The translations under genes and the position numbers were made by a program. Source: Podarcis vaucheri (Eukaryota). Taken from it: 64,000 bases of DNA. Below the pieces are notes generated by a model that was given only the letters and a program-made list of their open reading frames with translations, did no database searches and had not been told where the DNA came from. The DNA lies in the NCBI GenBank assembly GCA_965113315.1, contig OZ220363.1. One strand, given 5' to 3'. Below, one piece after another: positions 63,016-64,000 of this stretch. Each line of letters starts with the position of its first letter. Position 1 is the stretch's first letter.

Positions 63016-63243
63016 GTGTTCCCCATTCATCATCCTAAGTAGGAGAAACAATTAAAATGTCTTCAAATTGTAAGGAGAAAAGAATATTATTAATTAAATT
63101 CATATACGGCCCTCCATCCGAAGAATACATAAAAAACTAAATGGAAATTATTCCTGCCCTAATAGCTGCATCCTAAACATTCCACAAATGAATTTTTTTT
63201 GTTTTGGATTACCTACTGTGTTTTATCATTTAGGATTACTTAC

Positions 63244-63394
63244 AGACATTCATCCACATTGTATTCTACTTTTTCAGTAGCTTCTTTTTCTTGCAGCTCT
63301 TCTACAAACTTCTTCTCTTCAAATTCTACTGTAGCTCTTTCAACAGATAGTTTCGCCCCAGCAACAATGTCATTCTTGACTTCTAAAGCAAGAT
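63244..63394 (-). CDS. DCDC1: DCDC1 coding exon 1 of 14 visible (gene continues beyond window)
   Basis: ctctag|AT...CT|gtaagt; 151 nt, phase 1 to 2; encodes LALEVKNDIVAGAKLSVERATVEFEEKKFVEELQEKEATEKVEYNVDEC, resembling human DCDC1 ALVLEVQSDIVSGSKLAV as recalled; splices in frame to the next exon. Confidence 0.8.
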
Positions 63395-63468
63395 CTAGAG
63401 AAATGTATGCAAGAATGCTTGGCCTTAATTAAGTTACAGAAGAGGTTTCTTATTTATGATGAAAATTC

Positions 63469-64000
63469 TTACAAGGCAGCTGTTGTTGCATAAAGGAATA
63501 CTTTCCTTTGATTTTCGGGAATATCATTTGTAATTAAACCTAAAAGGAATGCCTCCGGTTTTTTACTGAAAGATATTTTAAACATCTTTTTGAATTCTTC
63601 ATAGATTTCATTCCAGAATTGTTTAATAGGTCGGCATTCCCACCACATGTGAAACATTGTTCCTATTTCTTTTTTACATCTCCAACAGGTATTCGATTTT
63701 AATTTATAAATTTTAGCCAATTTTACCAGAGTTAAGTACCATTGATACACTATTTTCATATTTTTTTCTCTTATTGTATAACATGCTGTGAATTTAATAT
63801 ATTTCCATAATTTCTCCCATTGTTCCAGCCGAATTACATATCCTATATCACATGCCCATTTAATCATAACTTCTTTTACTTCTTCATCCTTTAATTCCCA
63901 TTCTAATAATAAATTATACATTTTAGATATATTCTTTTTTGAGTTTTGTAATAATACTTTCTGTAATTTTGATTCTTCTTTTTCAAATCCAATTACTTTA
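63469..64000 (-). mobile_element. L1-clade ORF2 C-terminal fragment, a different subfamily from 12605-13525
   Basis: CWRC...TMFHMWWEC, KKPEAFLLG, YATTAA align with the 12.6-kb ORF; breaks off at its 3' side and runs off the window. Confidence 0.85.

Noticed and set aside
1-64000. CRISPR arrays, prokaryotic operons, rRNA or genuine tRNA genes
   Set aside because: None seen; the DNA is eukaryotic and the tRNA-like A/B boxes belong to SINE heads.

Overview
Vertebrate genomic DNA. The repeat content (Sauria SINEs, CR1, L1, L2, Penelope-like pieces, hAT and Tc1/mariner MITEs) points to a squamate, probably a lacertid lizard (inference). The minus strand from ~30.9 kb to the right edge carries 14 phase-consistent 3' coding exons of DCDC1 (doublecortin domain-containing 1), which I spliced by hand; the gene continues beyond position 64000. 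The left ~30 kb is apparently intergenic, with repeat-free stretches that may be conserved non-coding elements and several CTCF-like motifs. Mobile elements include a young CR1 with an uninterrupted 972-codon ORF2, L1 3' ends, a composite hAT-Charlie element and several TG...CA solo-LTR-like elements with 5-bp target-site duplications. The most interesting observation is that two diverged copies of a ~430-bp solo LTR (46396-46827 and 54889-55321) each keep a gap-free 109-codon ORF starting at base 2 of the LTR. Its Arg-rich C-terminal half is conserved with many synonymous changes, which suggests a protein domain encoded inside the LTR. A third LTR-like element (19512-20062) has a similar architecture. 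All homology calls come from recognition and hand reading, not database searches.
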